Shown one piece after another: positions 18,991 through 28,727 of a stretch of DNA of 64,000 nt. This stretch comes from a methanogenic archaeon mixed culture ISO4-G1. GTDB lineage: Archaea; Thermoplasmatota; Thermoplasmata; Methanomassiliicoccales; Methanomethylophilaceae. A program made the translations under genes and the position numbers. The stretch lies in assembly GCA_001563305.1 (NCBI GenBank), contig CP013703.1, positions 1,039,773 through 1,103,772 on the forward strand, given 5' to 3'. Below the pieces are notes generated by a model, which searched no databases, was not told the DNA's origin, and saw only the letters and a list, made by a program, of their open reading frames with translations. How positions within the stretch are numbered: position 1 is the stretch's first letter; each line of letters opens with the position of its first letter.

Positions 18991-21093
18991 ATGAAAGGAC
19001 TATTGACACCCAGGTCTGTGGCCATCATTGGAGCGTCCAATGATGAGTCGAAGCTAGGTGGGATGCTTCTAAAGAACATGATCAACGCCGGATTTACCGG
19101 CAACCTGTACCCCGTCAACCCCAAGGGCGGAGAAATTCAGGGCCTGAAGGCCTACACATCGATCACGGAGGTCCCCGAACCCGTCGACCTCGCGGTCATC
19201 TCCATCAAGGCCGCACTCGTCCCCGACGAGATGGCAAACCTGAAGAAGAACGGCTGCCACTGCGCCACCATCCTCACGGCAGGATTCAAGGAGGACAGCC
19301 CCGAGGGAAAGATCCTGGAACAGAAGCTCGTCGCCGCCGCCAAAGAGGCCGATGTCAGGTTCTTCGGACCGAACTGCTTCGGTAACATGAACCCCTGGGC
19401 AGGAGTCAACGCGACATTCGCTCACCTCCTCCCCCGCAAGGGACACATCTCGATCTTCTCCCAGTCCGGAGCAGTCGGATCGTCCATCATCGATTGGGCG
19501 TACTTCAACAAGATCGGAATCGCCAACTTCGTCACGTTCGGAAACAAGGCCGACCTCGACGAGGCGGACATCATCCCCGAGATCTCCGCTGACCCCAACA
19601 CGAAGGTCATCGGAATGTACTGCGAGGGAATCTCCAACGGACACAGGTTCGTGGAGGCCATCAAGAACATGCCCGTGGAGAAGCCTATCGTCGTCTACAA
19701 GTCCGGAAGGACCCAGGCGGGAGCCGCAGCGGCATCCTCTCACACCGGATCGCTGGCAGGGGCCGACGCGGTCAACAACGTCATATTCAAGAAGCTCAAC
19801 GTCTACAGGGCCAGCAGCCTGGACGACATGTTCGACGTCCTCAACGTCTTTAGCGGATGCAGCGAGATGAAGAAGGGCGGACTCGGAATCATCACGAACG
19901 CCGGCGGTCTGGGAGTCATGTCCGCGGATGCGGCGTTCGATGCGAAGAACGTCCACGCGGTCAAGTTCTCCGACGAGACCATCGCGGAGATCAGGAGGAG
20001 GCTCCCCACCGTCGCCGGTGTCACCAACCCCATCGACATCCGCGGAGACGCCAAGCCCGAGTACTTCAAAGAGGTCATCGACATCCTTTCACACGACCCC
20101 GAGGTCGGCGCACTGGTCATCATGGGATCCCCGCTGGACACAGCGGACCTGGAAGCGGTCGCACAGTCCATCGTCGAGATCAAGGACCAGATCCCCGTCC
20201 CCTTCGTCGTCTGCTTCGCAGGCGGTCACAAGTGCGACAGGGCGAACAGCTACCTCAAGGAGGCCGGCATCCCCACATACCCCACACCCGACAGGGCCAT
20301 CCACGCCCTCGACGTGATGAGGACATACACGATCAACAAGGAGAAGACCCACACCCCTATGGCATACCCCAAGGTCACCGGCGGAGGAAGGGACGCAGCC
20401 AAGAAGGTCATCGACAAGGCCAAGGCAGAGGGCAGGGACTCCCTGTCCGAGGCCGAGGGTAAGGAGATCCTCAAGGCATACGGAGTACCCACCCCCGGAG
20501 AGGCCACCGTCAACTCGGCGGAGGAAGCGGCCAAGGAGTGTAACAGGATCGGATACCCCGTCGTCATGAAGATCGTCTCCCCCGACATCAAGCACAAGAC
20601 CGATGTGGGCGGAGTCGTCGTCGGAGTTAAGAACGCCGACGATGCGAAGGCAGCGTACACCAGGATCATGGACAACTGCACCAAGAATGTGCCAGGTGCC
20701 AAGATCGACGGTGTCTCCATCCAGCAGATGGTCTCCGGGCAGGAGGTCATCCTCTCGATGATCCGCGACTCGCAGTTCGGACCCGTCGTGTCCTTCGGAC
20801 TCGGAGGTATCTACGTTGAGATCCTGAGGGAGATCTCCCAGGCCCACGTCCCCATGACGGAGGAGCAGCTGGACGAGATGATCACCTCCACCAAGGCATA
20901 CAAGCTGATGTCCGGTGCAAGGGGACTCGCCAAGTCCGACATCCCTGCGATGAAGGAAGCGATCAAGAGGATCGCGCTCATCGCAGTGGAGAACCCCGAG
21001 ATCCACGAGCTGGAGATCAACCCGGTCATCGTGCAGGTCGAGGGCAAGGGCGCCTACGCGGTCGACGCGCTGGTCACCCTCGTCAAGAACTGA
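18991..21093 (+). CDS. acd: acetyl-CoA synthetase (ADP-forming), fused alpha/beta subunits
   Basis: 700 aa with an N-terminal CoA-binding/succinyl-CoA-synthetase-like domain and a C-terminal ATP-grasp domain. Confidence 0.9.
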   Translation: MKGLLTPRSVAIIGASNDESKLGGMLLKNMINAGFTGNLYPVNPKGGEIQGLKAYTSITEVPEPVDLAVISIKAALVPDEMANLKKNGCHCATILTAGFKEDSPEGKILEQKLVAAAKEADVRFFGPNCFGNMNPWAGVNATFAHLLPRKGHISIFSQSGAVGSSIIDWAYFNKIGIANFVTFGNKADLDEADIIPEISADPNTKVIGMYCEGISNGHRFVEAIKNMPVEKPIVVYKSGRTQAGAAAASSHTGSLAGADAVNNVIFKKLNVYRASSLDDMFDVLNVFSGCSEMKKGGLGIITNAGGLGVMSADAAFDAKNVHAVKFSDETIAEIRRRLPTVAGVTNPIDIRGDAKPEYFKEVIDILSHDPEVGALVIMGSPLDTADLEAVAQSIVEIKDQIPVPFVVCFAGGHKCDRANSYLKEAGIPTYPTPDRAIHALDVMRTYTINKEKTHTPMAYPKVTGGGRDAAKKVIDKAKAEGRDSLSEAEGKEILKAYGVPTPGEATVNSAEEAAKECNRIGYPVVMKIVSPDIKHKTDVGGVVVGVKNADDAKAAYTRIMDNCTKNVPGAKIDGVSIQQMVSGQEVILSMIRDSQFGPVVSFGLGGIYVEILREISQAHVPMTEEQLDEMITSTKAYKLMSGARGLAKSDIPAMKEAIKRIALIAVENPEIHELEINPVIVQVEGKGAYAVDALVTLVKN

Positions 21094-21103
21094 AAACCTT
21101 TCA

Positions 21104-21130
21104 GGGGAGGGCGACCTCCCCATTCTTTTC
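21104..21130 (+). terminator. hairpin GGGGAGG-GCGA-CCTCCCC followed by T-tract
   Basis: 7-bp perfect arms followed by ATTCTTTTC, directly after the acd stop. Confidence 0.45.
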
Positions 21131-21200
21131 TGGAGTGAGAAGCCACAGACCTAGGATCGACATCCATGGCTTCTCTGAGTCACCGAATGACTCTGACGGC

Positions 21201-21255
21201 ATCACGATGGGTTTATATCCAATCGATCACGATGGTTATATCGCCAATCGTGATG
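21201..21255. repeat. about 24-bp imperfect tandem repeat (ATCACGATGG-TT(T)ATAT-C(G)CCAATCG) x2 plus partial third copy
   Basis: Read directly. ATCACGATGG at 21201 and 21225, CCAATCG at 21219 and 21243, then TGATGG. Confidence 0.45.
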
Positions 21256-21485
21256 GTCAGCCGAAATCCTCCATGCGGAAGATGGCTGAAAGAGATCTGT
21301 GCGCTTGGCACAATATCACCTCCTGCCGAGGCCGGGGTCGATCACCCTGATTGAACCTCTCTGATCCGCTGTTTCGGACCAAGAGGCCCGAACTTCGGCA
21401 GGAGAACAACCTCCTGGGACCCTATTTAAGCTGAATCGCTGCATGTAATATGCATCTCAGAACAGCCATGTACGCGACCAACCCC

Positions 21486-21496
21486 CCTTTTATAAT
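21486..21496 (+). promoter_or_regulatory. TATA-like box TTTATAATG about 25 bp upstream of dph5 start (leaderless-type promoter)
   Basis: A/T box preceded by a C-run (possible BRE) in an otherwise GC-rich spacer. Confidence 0.3.
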
Positions 21497-21516
21497 GCGA
21501 CTCCATTGTTCGGGCG

Positions 21517-22314
21517 ATGACTTCCGAACTCATCTTCGTTGGACTGGGCCTCAGCGGCACCGACGGCATGACCGTCAAGGCGCTCCACGCCCTGAAGGAA
21601 TGCGACAAGATCTACGCCGAGTTCTACACCTCGCTGCTCATCGGCACCAAGGTGGAGGACCTGGAGGCCGCCATCGGCAAGAAGATCAAGGTCCTCTACA
21701 GGGCACAGGTCGAGGAGTGCGACGACATCATCAGGGATGCTCTCGAGATGAGGGTCGGATTCGTGACCGCCGGGGACACCATGTCGGCCACCACCCACGT
21801 GGACCTTAGGATCCAGGCTGCGGAAGCAGGGATACCAGTCAGGCTGTTCAACGGCATCACCATCTTCTCCGCATGCCCCACGGTGTTCGGCCTGCAGAAC
21901 TACAAGTTCGGAAGGACTGTCACATTGCCGTTCATCGAGCAGGGCTACCACCCCAAGTCGCCTTACGACCACATCATGGCGAACAAGAAGATGGGTCTCC
22001 ACACGATGATTCTCCTGGACATCCATGCCGACGAGATGAGGTACATGACCGCCCATGAGGCGATCGAATGGCTCATGCTCGGGGAGGAGAAGTGGGGTGA
22101 GGGACTCATCGACGACAGGACCATCCTGTGCGTCGCATCGAGGGTCGGTTCCCCCGATGAGAAGATCTTCGCCGGCTACCCGCAGGACCTTCTGAAGATG
22201 GATCTCGGAGAACCGCTGTTCACGCTCGTTCTTCCCGGGAACCTGCACTTCATGGAGCAGTATGCCCTTGTGAAGTTCGCTGGTGCCCCAGAGGATATCA
22301 TCGAGGATGAATGA
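21517..22314 (+). CDS. dphB: diphthine synthase
   Basis: 265 aa tetrapyrrole-methylase-fold protein with LIFVGLGL...FVTAGD and diphthine-synthase-like overall sequence. Confidence 0.85.
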   Translation: MTSELIFVGLGLSGTDGMTVKALHALKECDKIYAEFYTSLLIGTKVEDLEAAIGKKIKVLYRAQVEECDDIIRDALEMRVGFVTAGDTMSATTHVDLRIQAAEAGIPVRLFNGITIFSACPTVFGLQNYKFGRTVTLPFIEQGYHPKSPYDHIMANKKMGLHTMILLDIHADEMRYMTAHEAIEWLMLGEEKWGEGLIDDRTILCVASRVGSPDEKIFAGYPQDLLKMDLGEPLFTLVLPGNLHFMEQYALVKFAGAPEDIIEDE

Positions 22315-22385
22315 CCTATAAGTGGTAAATTATATCCGTTGTTCGATTCTGATACATGCTGGCTGGATGAGTTAGGACAATATAT

Positions 22386-22423
22386 CCAACCGTATTATAT
22401 ATACGGATTGGGATTACTAATCC
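22386..22423. promoter_or_regulatory. two adjacent palindromes (CCAACCGTA-TTATATA-TACGGATTGG and GGATTA-C-TAATCC) upstream of the ABC-importer island
   Basis: Seen directly, 45-80 bp upstream of the 22469 start. The first flanks a TATATA box. Confidence 0.3.
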
Positions 22424-22468
22424 AATTCACTTAGGTGAACTATATCAATGGTTTAACCAGGCGATATC

Positions 22469-23305
22469 ATGGATAAGAAAATCGGAATTATAGCCGTTGT
22501 CGCTGTAGTCATAGTCGTTGCAGCTGGAGCGATTGTTCTGACCAACGGTAAAGATCCTTCAGCCACAATCCTCGTTGAGGATCAGAATGGAGTTTTCTTC
22601 TGGACAGAGGGTTCAGGAAAGACCATTGCGGATTGTCTCGAGAAGACATCCGCAGGTGTAAAAGTAACAATGACTGACAGCTCATTCGGCAAGTACATCC
22701 AGGCAGTTAACGGACTTGCTGGAACCGAAGACTACACAGGATACTGGTCTGTTTATCAGTACAGCAACGGAGAATGGGTGTCATCAGAACTTGGAGTCTC
22801 AAGCCTTGAAACAAAAGATAACCAGTACATTGGACTGTTCTACGTAATCACGGACCCTGAGACATATGCAATTGTTCAGGGCGGTCCTGAGAAAGTAACC
22901 GTCCCCTCCATCACCGATGCAAAGGTCTGGGACGGATCAACCGACGGAGTCATCTTTGCACTTCAGGGAGAATCTGGATTGTACTGCTACATCAACAGCA
23001 CAGTCGGAGAGAACATGTCCGAGAGATTCGACGACGCATGCACCAAATACATGGTATCCCACAGTATGAGCTCCAGGGGAGGAATCTCCACCCTGTTCGG
23101 ACTCGGAAGCGTCCCTGTTGGAACTCAGGATGATGCCACCATCTACAAGTACTGGATCCAATACGGACTCGAGGACGGAAAGTGGACTTGGATGACCACC
23201 GGACTCAAGAACACCGATGCCAACGCATACAAACAGATGGCAATCTTCTACGGTGTCGGTTCCATGTATGGTGGAGAAGACCCCACTGTACCGGCTTACG
23301 CTTGA
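22469..23305 (+). CDS. N-terminally membrane-anchored extracytoplasmic protein with DUF4430/transcobalamin-beta-like module
   Basis: N-terminal TM (IIAVVAVVIVVAAGAIVL). Motif block DCLEK...VNG....YTGYWSVYQYSNGEW is shared with the N-termini of the next two proteins. Confidence 0.45.
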   Translation: MDKKIGIIAVVAVVIVVAAGAIVLTNGKDPSATILVEDQNGVFFWTEGSGKTIADCLEKTSAGVKVTMTDSSFGKYIQAVNGLAGTEDYTGYWSVYQYSNGEWVSSELGVSSLETKDNQYIGLFYVITDPETYAIVQGGPEKVTVPSITDAKVWDGSTDGVIFALQGESGLYCYINSTVGENMSERFDDACTKYMVSHSMSSRGGISTLFGLGSVPVGTQDDATIYKYWIQYGLEDGKWTWMTTGLKNTDANAYKQMAIFYGVGSMYGGEDPTVPAYA

Positions 23306-23349
23306 ACAACGTTTAAACAAACCTCTTCCAAACCCTTTTATTTGATAAA

Positions 23350-24714
23350 ATGAAAACATCCATGAAAGTTGTTTTGAGCCTTGTTCTGGTCTTCATTGGA
23401 ATAACTTTAGCGGTAGTTTTCACACCACAAGTGGAGTCGGCGTACGCACAGGGAATCATCCTAGATTTCGGGGATTATGACATTTACTATCTCGGTATTG
23501 ATGATGAGGATGAGAACGCAATCGATTCCGTCAACAAACTCTGCGACTACTATTCCATGTCGATAACATGGAACGGGAACCAGATCTCAAAGATTTCCAA
23601 GGAATATATTGATTATCCAGAATCAGGAAGCACAGCAACCTGGAAACTGTATATCAACGAAAAGGACACTATCGGTTGGAAACTGTTCGATGGATCCGCT
23701 GAAAAGCTCCACATCGGTGATTACTCGGCAGTTTGCTGGGGGCTCTGCGAAAAGGATGAGGAACCTACACCTGGCGTAGATGCCATGGGGATCTGCTTCT
23801 ACGGTTACGGACAAAGCTACCGCATTGTATCACTAGCACCGTCCTGTACCGAGACGATAGCCGCTTCAGGCGCTGGTAATATCATAGTCGGCGCCGATGA
23901 ATTCAGCAATTATCCGCTCTACATCAAACAAGCAATGGAGTCGGGTGCTATCGTTTCAGTTGGAGGGTACACCAATCCCAGTTACGAAGTGATAGCACAA
24001 TTGAATCCGGATATTGTTATAGGCGTTGCCGACCAGTCTACACATCGCTCAGTAATAGAAAAGATGAGGGCCCACGGGGTCCACTGTCTAGCCACCTACA
24101 CGGGTGACAGCATCAAGACAATCATGGACAATACGTACATGATCGGTGCGGCAATGAACTATCAGCTCAAATCCACACAGACCATGCAACAGATCGAGGA
24201 TGCACTGGAAATACTGGATGCAGAACTATCTTCCGGATTATCGCACAGATCTGATGTTATGATCTCCCTTTCAACCTCCAAATCACCCTGGGTGGCAGGA
24301 GGCAATACTTACGCTTCTGATGTAATAAGTCGCGCGTTGTGTAATAATATATACTCATCAGAAACAGGATGGGCGATGGTCAACAGTGAAACTGTTCCCT
24401 CGCGCGATCCTGAATATATCATCGTAGTTTCGTCTGATTACGGTAATACAGATGAAGACTACAATAACATGATCTCCTCCCTCTCTGCAGAATGGAGGAA
24501 TACAACTGCCTTCAAACAAGGTAACATCTTTTTGCTCACCGGAGGGGCCACAGATTTAGCATCTCGTCCTTCCACACGCATAGCACAATTCACAGAACTC
24601 ATGTGCAGGATGATCCAACCAGAAATCTTCAACGATATCAATCTACCTCATCACATCGGTGACGATTACAAGGATTACCTGACGATAACGAAAGAATTGG
24701 GGTTCGACACATGA
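23350..24714 (+). CDS. periplasmic-binding-protein (BtuF/FhuD class III) with extra N-terminal DUF4430-like domain
   Basis: Signal/TM at N-terminus. Residues about 150-454 are BtuF-like (IVSLAPSCTE..., NPDIVIG). The N-terminal 120 aa carry the W..Y.NG..W module. Confidence 0.65.
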   Translation: MKTSMKVVLSLVLVFIGITLAVVFTPQVESAYAQGIILDFGDYDIYYLGIDDEDENAIDSVNKLCDYYSMSITWNGNQISKISKEYIDYPESGSTATWKLYINEKDTIGWKLFDGSAEKLHIGDYSAVCWGLCEKDEEPTPGVDAMGICFYGYGQSYRIVSLAPSCTETIAASGAGNIIVGADEFSNYPLYIKQAMESGAIVSVGGYTNPSYEVIAQLNPDIVIGVADQSTHRSVIEKMRAHGVHCLATYTGDSIKTIMDNTYMIGAAMNYQLKSTQTMQQIEDALEILDAELSSGLSHRSDVMISLSTSKSPWVAGGNTYASDVISRALCNNIYSSETGWAMVNSETVPSRDPEYIIVVSSDYGNTDEDYNNMISSLSAEWRNTTAFKQGNIFLLTGGATDLASRPSTRIAQFTELMCRMIQPEIFNDINLPHHIGDDYKDYLTITKELGFDT

Positions 24715-27700
24715 TGAAACAGAACACGGTTCTAAAGACCTCTGCTTTGGTAGCGATCCTCGTGGTAACATCTCTCTTCCTGTTCGTGCCAGAGTTGGAT
24801 GCAGATGGTGCATACATCCTCATCGACAAAGGAGACGGAGACACCTATTGGTATTCCGGAACCACAGAGACAGTCGCTGATTCATTCAGTACGGCCGCCC
24901 AATCCCTGGGATTGGACCTGAACATCGACGGTTCTAAAATAACTGTTGACGGAGTATCTTCGATTACCATCGGAAGCCAAACCGTATCCTGGAGAATCTA
25001 TCAGTGGGGGGATGGATGGGTCGACGTCACATCTTCTATCGATATGAGCTCCGCGCCCACATCATCCATGGCCATCGGGTTGTATCCCGCGGGCACAACC
25101 CCTACCGAGACGCCCGCGTTCATGGACTCATGGACCCAGGTCCGCGGAAACGCCTCAATGACAGGTATACAGAATGCCAATCTGGATTCCGAGAAGACAA
25201 TGGAGAACGTACTAGCATGGTCAAGAGGGGATAACGACTACATCACCGGTTGCGTACTCGTGGCCCGTGAGCATGTCTATGGATTCTTCAACGGCGGATA
25301 CATGAACACCCAAAGTACCCCTGCATTGTTCTGCTTCAACAGATTTACGGGAGAGACAGAGTGGATCGTTAACGTTCCTGCAGGAGTCGGATATGAGACC
25401 ATGTCAGGCTGTATAGTCGGCGATTACTACTATCTCCCGACCAGTTACGGATACATCTACAGGATTCCACTGGATAACCCAGGTGAGGCCTCATACTATG
25501 TCCAGATGTCCTCAAGGCTCATGGTAGATGAGGACAAGATGCCTTCAGTGACTTCCGTGAAATATAAGGCAACAGGGGAAGGCACCTACCATGATGCCCC
25601 TCTGGAGATTATGGACACTAACGCTTTCGATATACCAGTCAGCATCGGATCTACCTATGACATCCAGATATCGGATAGTAGCAGAACCTACAACGGGACA
25701 TTAACCGTCAACAACGAAGATGCACTCGGGGTAAAAATAACCGGAAATACCGAAGAAGACAAGAGTCTCATCGGAGACTACTCCTCTCGCATAAGCTATT
25801 CGTATTCCGAAGTTACAAAGACATTCATCTCGAAGACCAGATCCCCGAACATGGAAGGGCGCACGATATACAACACTGGGCCCGCTTCCATCACATACTA
25901 CGGGGGCGCACTGTTCTTCGGCACCAGTTCAGGATACACCTATGCCCTGGATTTGGATCTAAATACCCTGTGGAAGACCGACGTTAGGAGTCAAAACTAC
26001 TACGATTCTGTCATGATTTGTGATGACAGAGTATTCGTGGGAACTTACAGCGGAAAACTGTACGCATTAGATGTCTCCACTGGAGAGATCAAAGCATCGG
26101 TAACAGCAGCCTCCTACCCATCCACCGTCTACGGTGACGGAGGAAGAGTCTGCACGCCTGTGAAAGTGGATGACATTCTATTCTTCTCATCATCCGACGG
26201 ATTAGGGATGAACAGTACCCAGGGAGGATTCTCTGCATACACATTCAAAAACGATTCGTTCACGAAGATCATGTCCAACACCGACTATGGTCAAGCCTCA
26301 ACATACATGACAGTAGTGATAAATACTGAATTCAAAGGAGTCTACTTTACCACAGATTACGGTCTGATGAGACTGTCCACCGATATGCAACTCGAGATCA
26401 TCAATGAGAAGATGACGGGAGTACGTGCATCCCCAGTGCTTGTCAACGGCGATACTCTCCTAATGCAGGATTACGCCTATGCCAAGAACAACGTGGGCGG
26501 ACAGATGTACAGAGTGACCCTCGATGGTACAATCGAAGGACAATACCAGAGGCCCAGTGAGGTGGATCAGTGGACTATGAGCCCAATCACGGCCATAGGC
26601 GAGTACCTGTACGGCGGAACAGATAATGGGTTCTTCATACTGGAAGGGAAAATGCCCGAAGTCAAAGATGATTCGGGCACCGGAGGGATCAATCCTCTAT
26701 GGATTGCTTTGGCGATAATCGCAGTTATAATCAACATACTGCTCATCATAAGCTTCTTCCTAGCCAAGAAGAGCAACATGTCGACGGGAAAATACATCGA
26801 ATCAAAATTCTCGAGGATCAGCGGATTCCACAACGACTCCATGTCAAAGACGCAGGCAAACAAACGTCGTCTATTGTTCGTCCTGATACTTGGAATCATA
26901 ATCATGCTTATCATGTTCATATGCTGTCTGGCATATGGGCCTTCGATGAGCCTCTCGCCCATAGATGCTTTCTCCAATCTGATATCCGCTATACAAAAAG
27001 GTGGAGAAGGATTGACTCTGTCCGAACTTGTTGTGTACGAATCGCGTCTACCTCGTGCGATAGCCGCGATTGCCGTAGGACTGGGATTAGCAGTAGCCGG
27101 TTGCATATATCAAGCTGTCATCCGTAACCCGATGGTGGACCCGTACATAATGGGTGTTTCATCCGGAGCAGGAACCTTCGCGGTTGCTGCCATAGCGAGC
27201 GGATTCACATTCTTTGGACTTCTGGATAACTCTGAATTCATGATTCCTGTCCTCGCGATTGTCGGTGGACTGCTCGCGTTTGGACTCACCATGCTTCTTG
27301 CCTCCAAGGCAGGGAACACGGCCACAGGGTATGTGCTTGCAGGAGTTGTTATCGGATTGGCGTTCACATCAATCCAGACGGTCATTTTGACAACATCTGA
27401 TTCGGAAAAGCTCCACAGTGCGATATCTTGGCTGTACGGAAGCTTCACCAGTGTCGATTGGGGAACCGTTTGGCTGATATTCTTCCCTGCACTGTTCCTA
27501 TCACTGACTTTCTTGATCTGGGCCAAGGAGCTGAATCTTGTTCTTCTGGGCGACGATAACGCACAACAAATGGGTCTGAATGTCAAAAAATTCGATGCCC
27601 TGATGCTCATACTTGCATCGGTCCTGACATCTGTCTGCGTCGCATTTGTGGGAATCATCGGATTTGTAGGACTGGTCGTTCCTCACATCTGCCGTATGAT

Positions 27701-27893
27701 CTTGGGAGGAGATCACAGGCTGGTCCTACCTGCATCAATGGTCCTAGGTGCAGCATTGATGCTGCTTGCGGATCTGTTGGCAAGAATGCTAATGATCCCG
27801 TTGGAATTACCAGTCGGTGCCATCACCACTGTCGTCGGAGTACCACTGTTCGCTTATCTACTCATTAAGAGAGGGAGGATGTACAATGGATGA
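24711..27893 (+). CDS. fusion protein: signal/TM anchor - DUF4430-like domain - PQQ-like beta-propeller - TM - FecCD/BtuC-type ABC permease
   Basis: 1060 aa. Residues about 380-620 hold repeated YALD..TG..W/K PQQ-type blades. Residues about 700-1060 are a canonical FecCD permease (RLPRAIAAIAVG..., GVSSGAG...). Confidence 0.75.
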   Translation: MMKQNTVLKTSALVAILVVTSLFLFVPELDADGAYILIDKGDGDTYWYSGTTETVADSFSTAAQSLGLDLNIDGSKITVDGVSSITIGSQTVSWRIYQWGDGWVDVTSSIDMSSAPTSSMAIGLYPAGTTPTETPAFMDSWTQVRGNASMTGIQNANLDSEKTMENVLAWSRGDNDYITGCVLVAREHVYGFFNGGYMNTQSTPALFCFNRFTGETEWIVNVPAGVGYETMSGCIVGDYYYLPTSYGYIYRIPLDNPGEASYYVQMSSRLMVDEDKMPSVTSVKYKATGEGTYHDAPLEIMDTNAFDIPVSIGSTYDIQISDSSRTYNGTLTVNNEDALGVKITGNTEEDKSLIGDYSSRISYSYSEVTKTFISKTRSPNMEGRTIYNTGPASITYYGGALFFGTSSGYTYALDLDLNTLWKTDVRSQNYYDSVMICDDRVFVGTYSGKLYALDVSTGEIKASVTAASYPSTVYGDGGRVCTPVKVDDILFFSSSDGLGMNSTQGGFSAYTFKNDSFTKIMSNTDYGQASTYMTVVINTEFKGVYFTTDYGLMRLSTDMQLEIINEKMTGVRASPVLVNGDTLLMQDYAYAKNNVGGQMYRVTLDGTIEGQYQRPSEVDQWTMSPITAIGEYLYGGTDNGFFILEGKMPEVKDDSGTGGINPLWIALAIIAVIINILLIISFFLAKKSNMSTGKYIESKFSRISGFHNDSMSKTQANKRRLLFVLILGIIIMLIMFICCLAYGPSMSLSPIDAFSNLISAIQKGGEGLTLSELVVYESRLPRAIAAIAVGLGLAVAGCIYQAVIRNPMVDPYIMGVSSGAGTFAVAAIASGFTFFGLLDNSEFMIPVLAIVGGLLAFGLTMLLASKAGNTATGYVLAGVVIGLAFTSIQTVILTTSDSEKLHSAISWLYGSFTSVDWGTVWLIFFPALFLSLTFLIWAKELNLVLLGDDNAQQMGLNVKKFDALMLILASVLTSVCVAFVGIIGFVGLVVPHICRMILGGDHRLVLPASMVLGAALMLLADLLARMLMIPLELPVGAITTVVGVPLFAYLLIKRGRMYNG

Positions 27894-28689
27894 AACACCG
27901 CTTCTTGAGGTCAGAAACCTCAACAAAATCTACGACAATGGATACCATGCGGTACGCGACGTATCATACAAGCTACCGTCCGGCAAACTCGTCGGATTAA
28001 TCGGACCGAACGGGTGCGGTAAATCCACAATGATGAGGTGCATCAACAAAATGCACTCTATCACATCCGGTGATGTTCTGATCGATGGTATATCGGTCCT
28101 TGACCAGAATGTCACAGAGATTGCAAAACAAGTCGCCAATGTGCCAGCAGAACTGAAAAACAGCTTTGGACTCACCGTTTATGAAACGGTCATGTTAGGC
28201 CGCTACCCGTATCTGAGGAACCTTTGGTGGGAGACCAACGAGGATGAATCGGATGTCATCGATGCCATGAAGAAATTTGGTGTCGACCACCTTCAAGATA
28301 GGCAGATTAATATGCTCTCATCAGGAGAGATGCAGAGAGTACTGATTGCCAAGGCATATGTTCAGAACCCCAGATTAATGCTGGTCGATGAACCAACATC
28401 ACACCTTGACATGAAGTACAAACTGAACGTCATGGAATATTTGCGTGCAATGGTACGTCAGGATATGACGGTTCTTGTCGCGGAACACGATATTTCCCTT
28501 ATGGCAAGATATTGTGATCTCTGCATCATCATGAAGAAAGGAGAGTTAGTGACGATAGGAGATCCGAAAGAGGTCATCACAGAAGAGTTAGTGCGCGATG
28601 TCTACGATGTCGTAGCCAATGTGGGCGTGGACAAAGATGGAGAAATATACGTCCTACCAAAAAGATTCGTAGGAAATTACGAACTATGA
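27886..28689 (+). CDS. ABC transporter ATP-binding protein (FecE/BtuD-like)
   Basis: Walker A GPNGCGKST, signature LSSGEMQRV, Walker B LMLVDEPTSHLD. Start MDETPLLEV overlaps the permease stop. Confidence 0.85.
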   Translation: MDETPLLEVRNLNKIYDNGYHAVRDVSYKLPSGKLVGLIGPNGCGKSTMMRCINKMHSITSGDVLIDGISVLDQNVTEIAKQVANVPAELKNSFGLTVYETVMLGRYPYLRNLWWETNEDESDVIDAMKKFGVDHLQDRQINMLSSGEMQRVLIAKAYVQNPRLMLVDEPTSHLDMKYKLNVMEYLRAMVRQDMTVLVAEHDISLMARYCDLCIIMKKGELVTIGDPKEVITEELVRDVYDVVANVGVDKDGEIYVLPKRFVGNYEL

Positions 28690-28727
28690 GGATAACGGTT
28701 TAATCGCCCTATTCAATCCGCTCCATC

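Noticed and set aside
19069-21123. Long minus-strand ORFs (295 aa, 344 aa)
   Set aside because: Antisense to acetyl-CoA synthetase (ADP-forming). Low-complexity Asp/Gly/Val-rich translations.
21135-21354. Small ORFs (71 aa, 62 aa) in the acd-dphB spacer
   Set aside because: Short and overlapping the tandem repeats, with no start or RBS context. More likely non-coding regulatory sequence.
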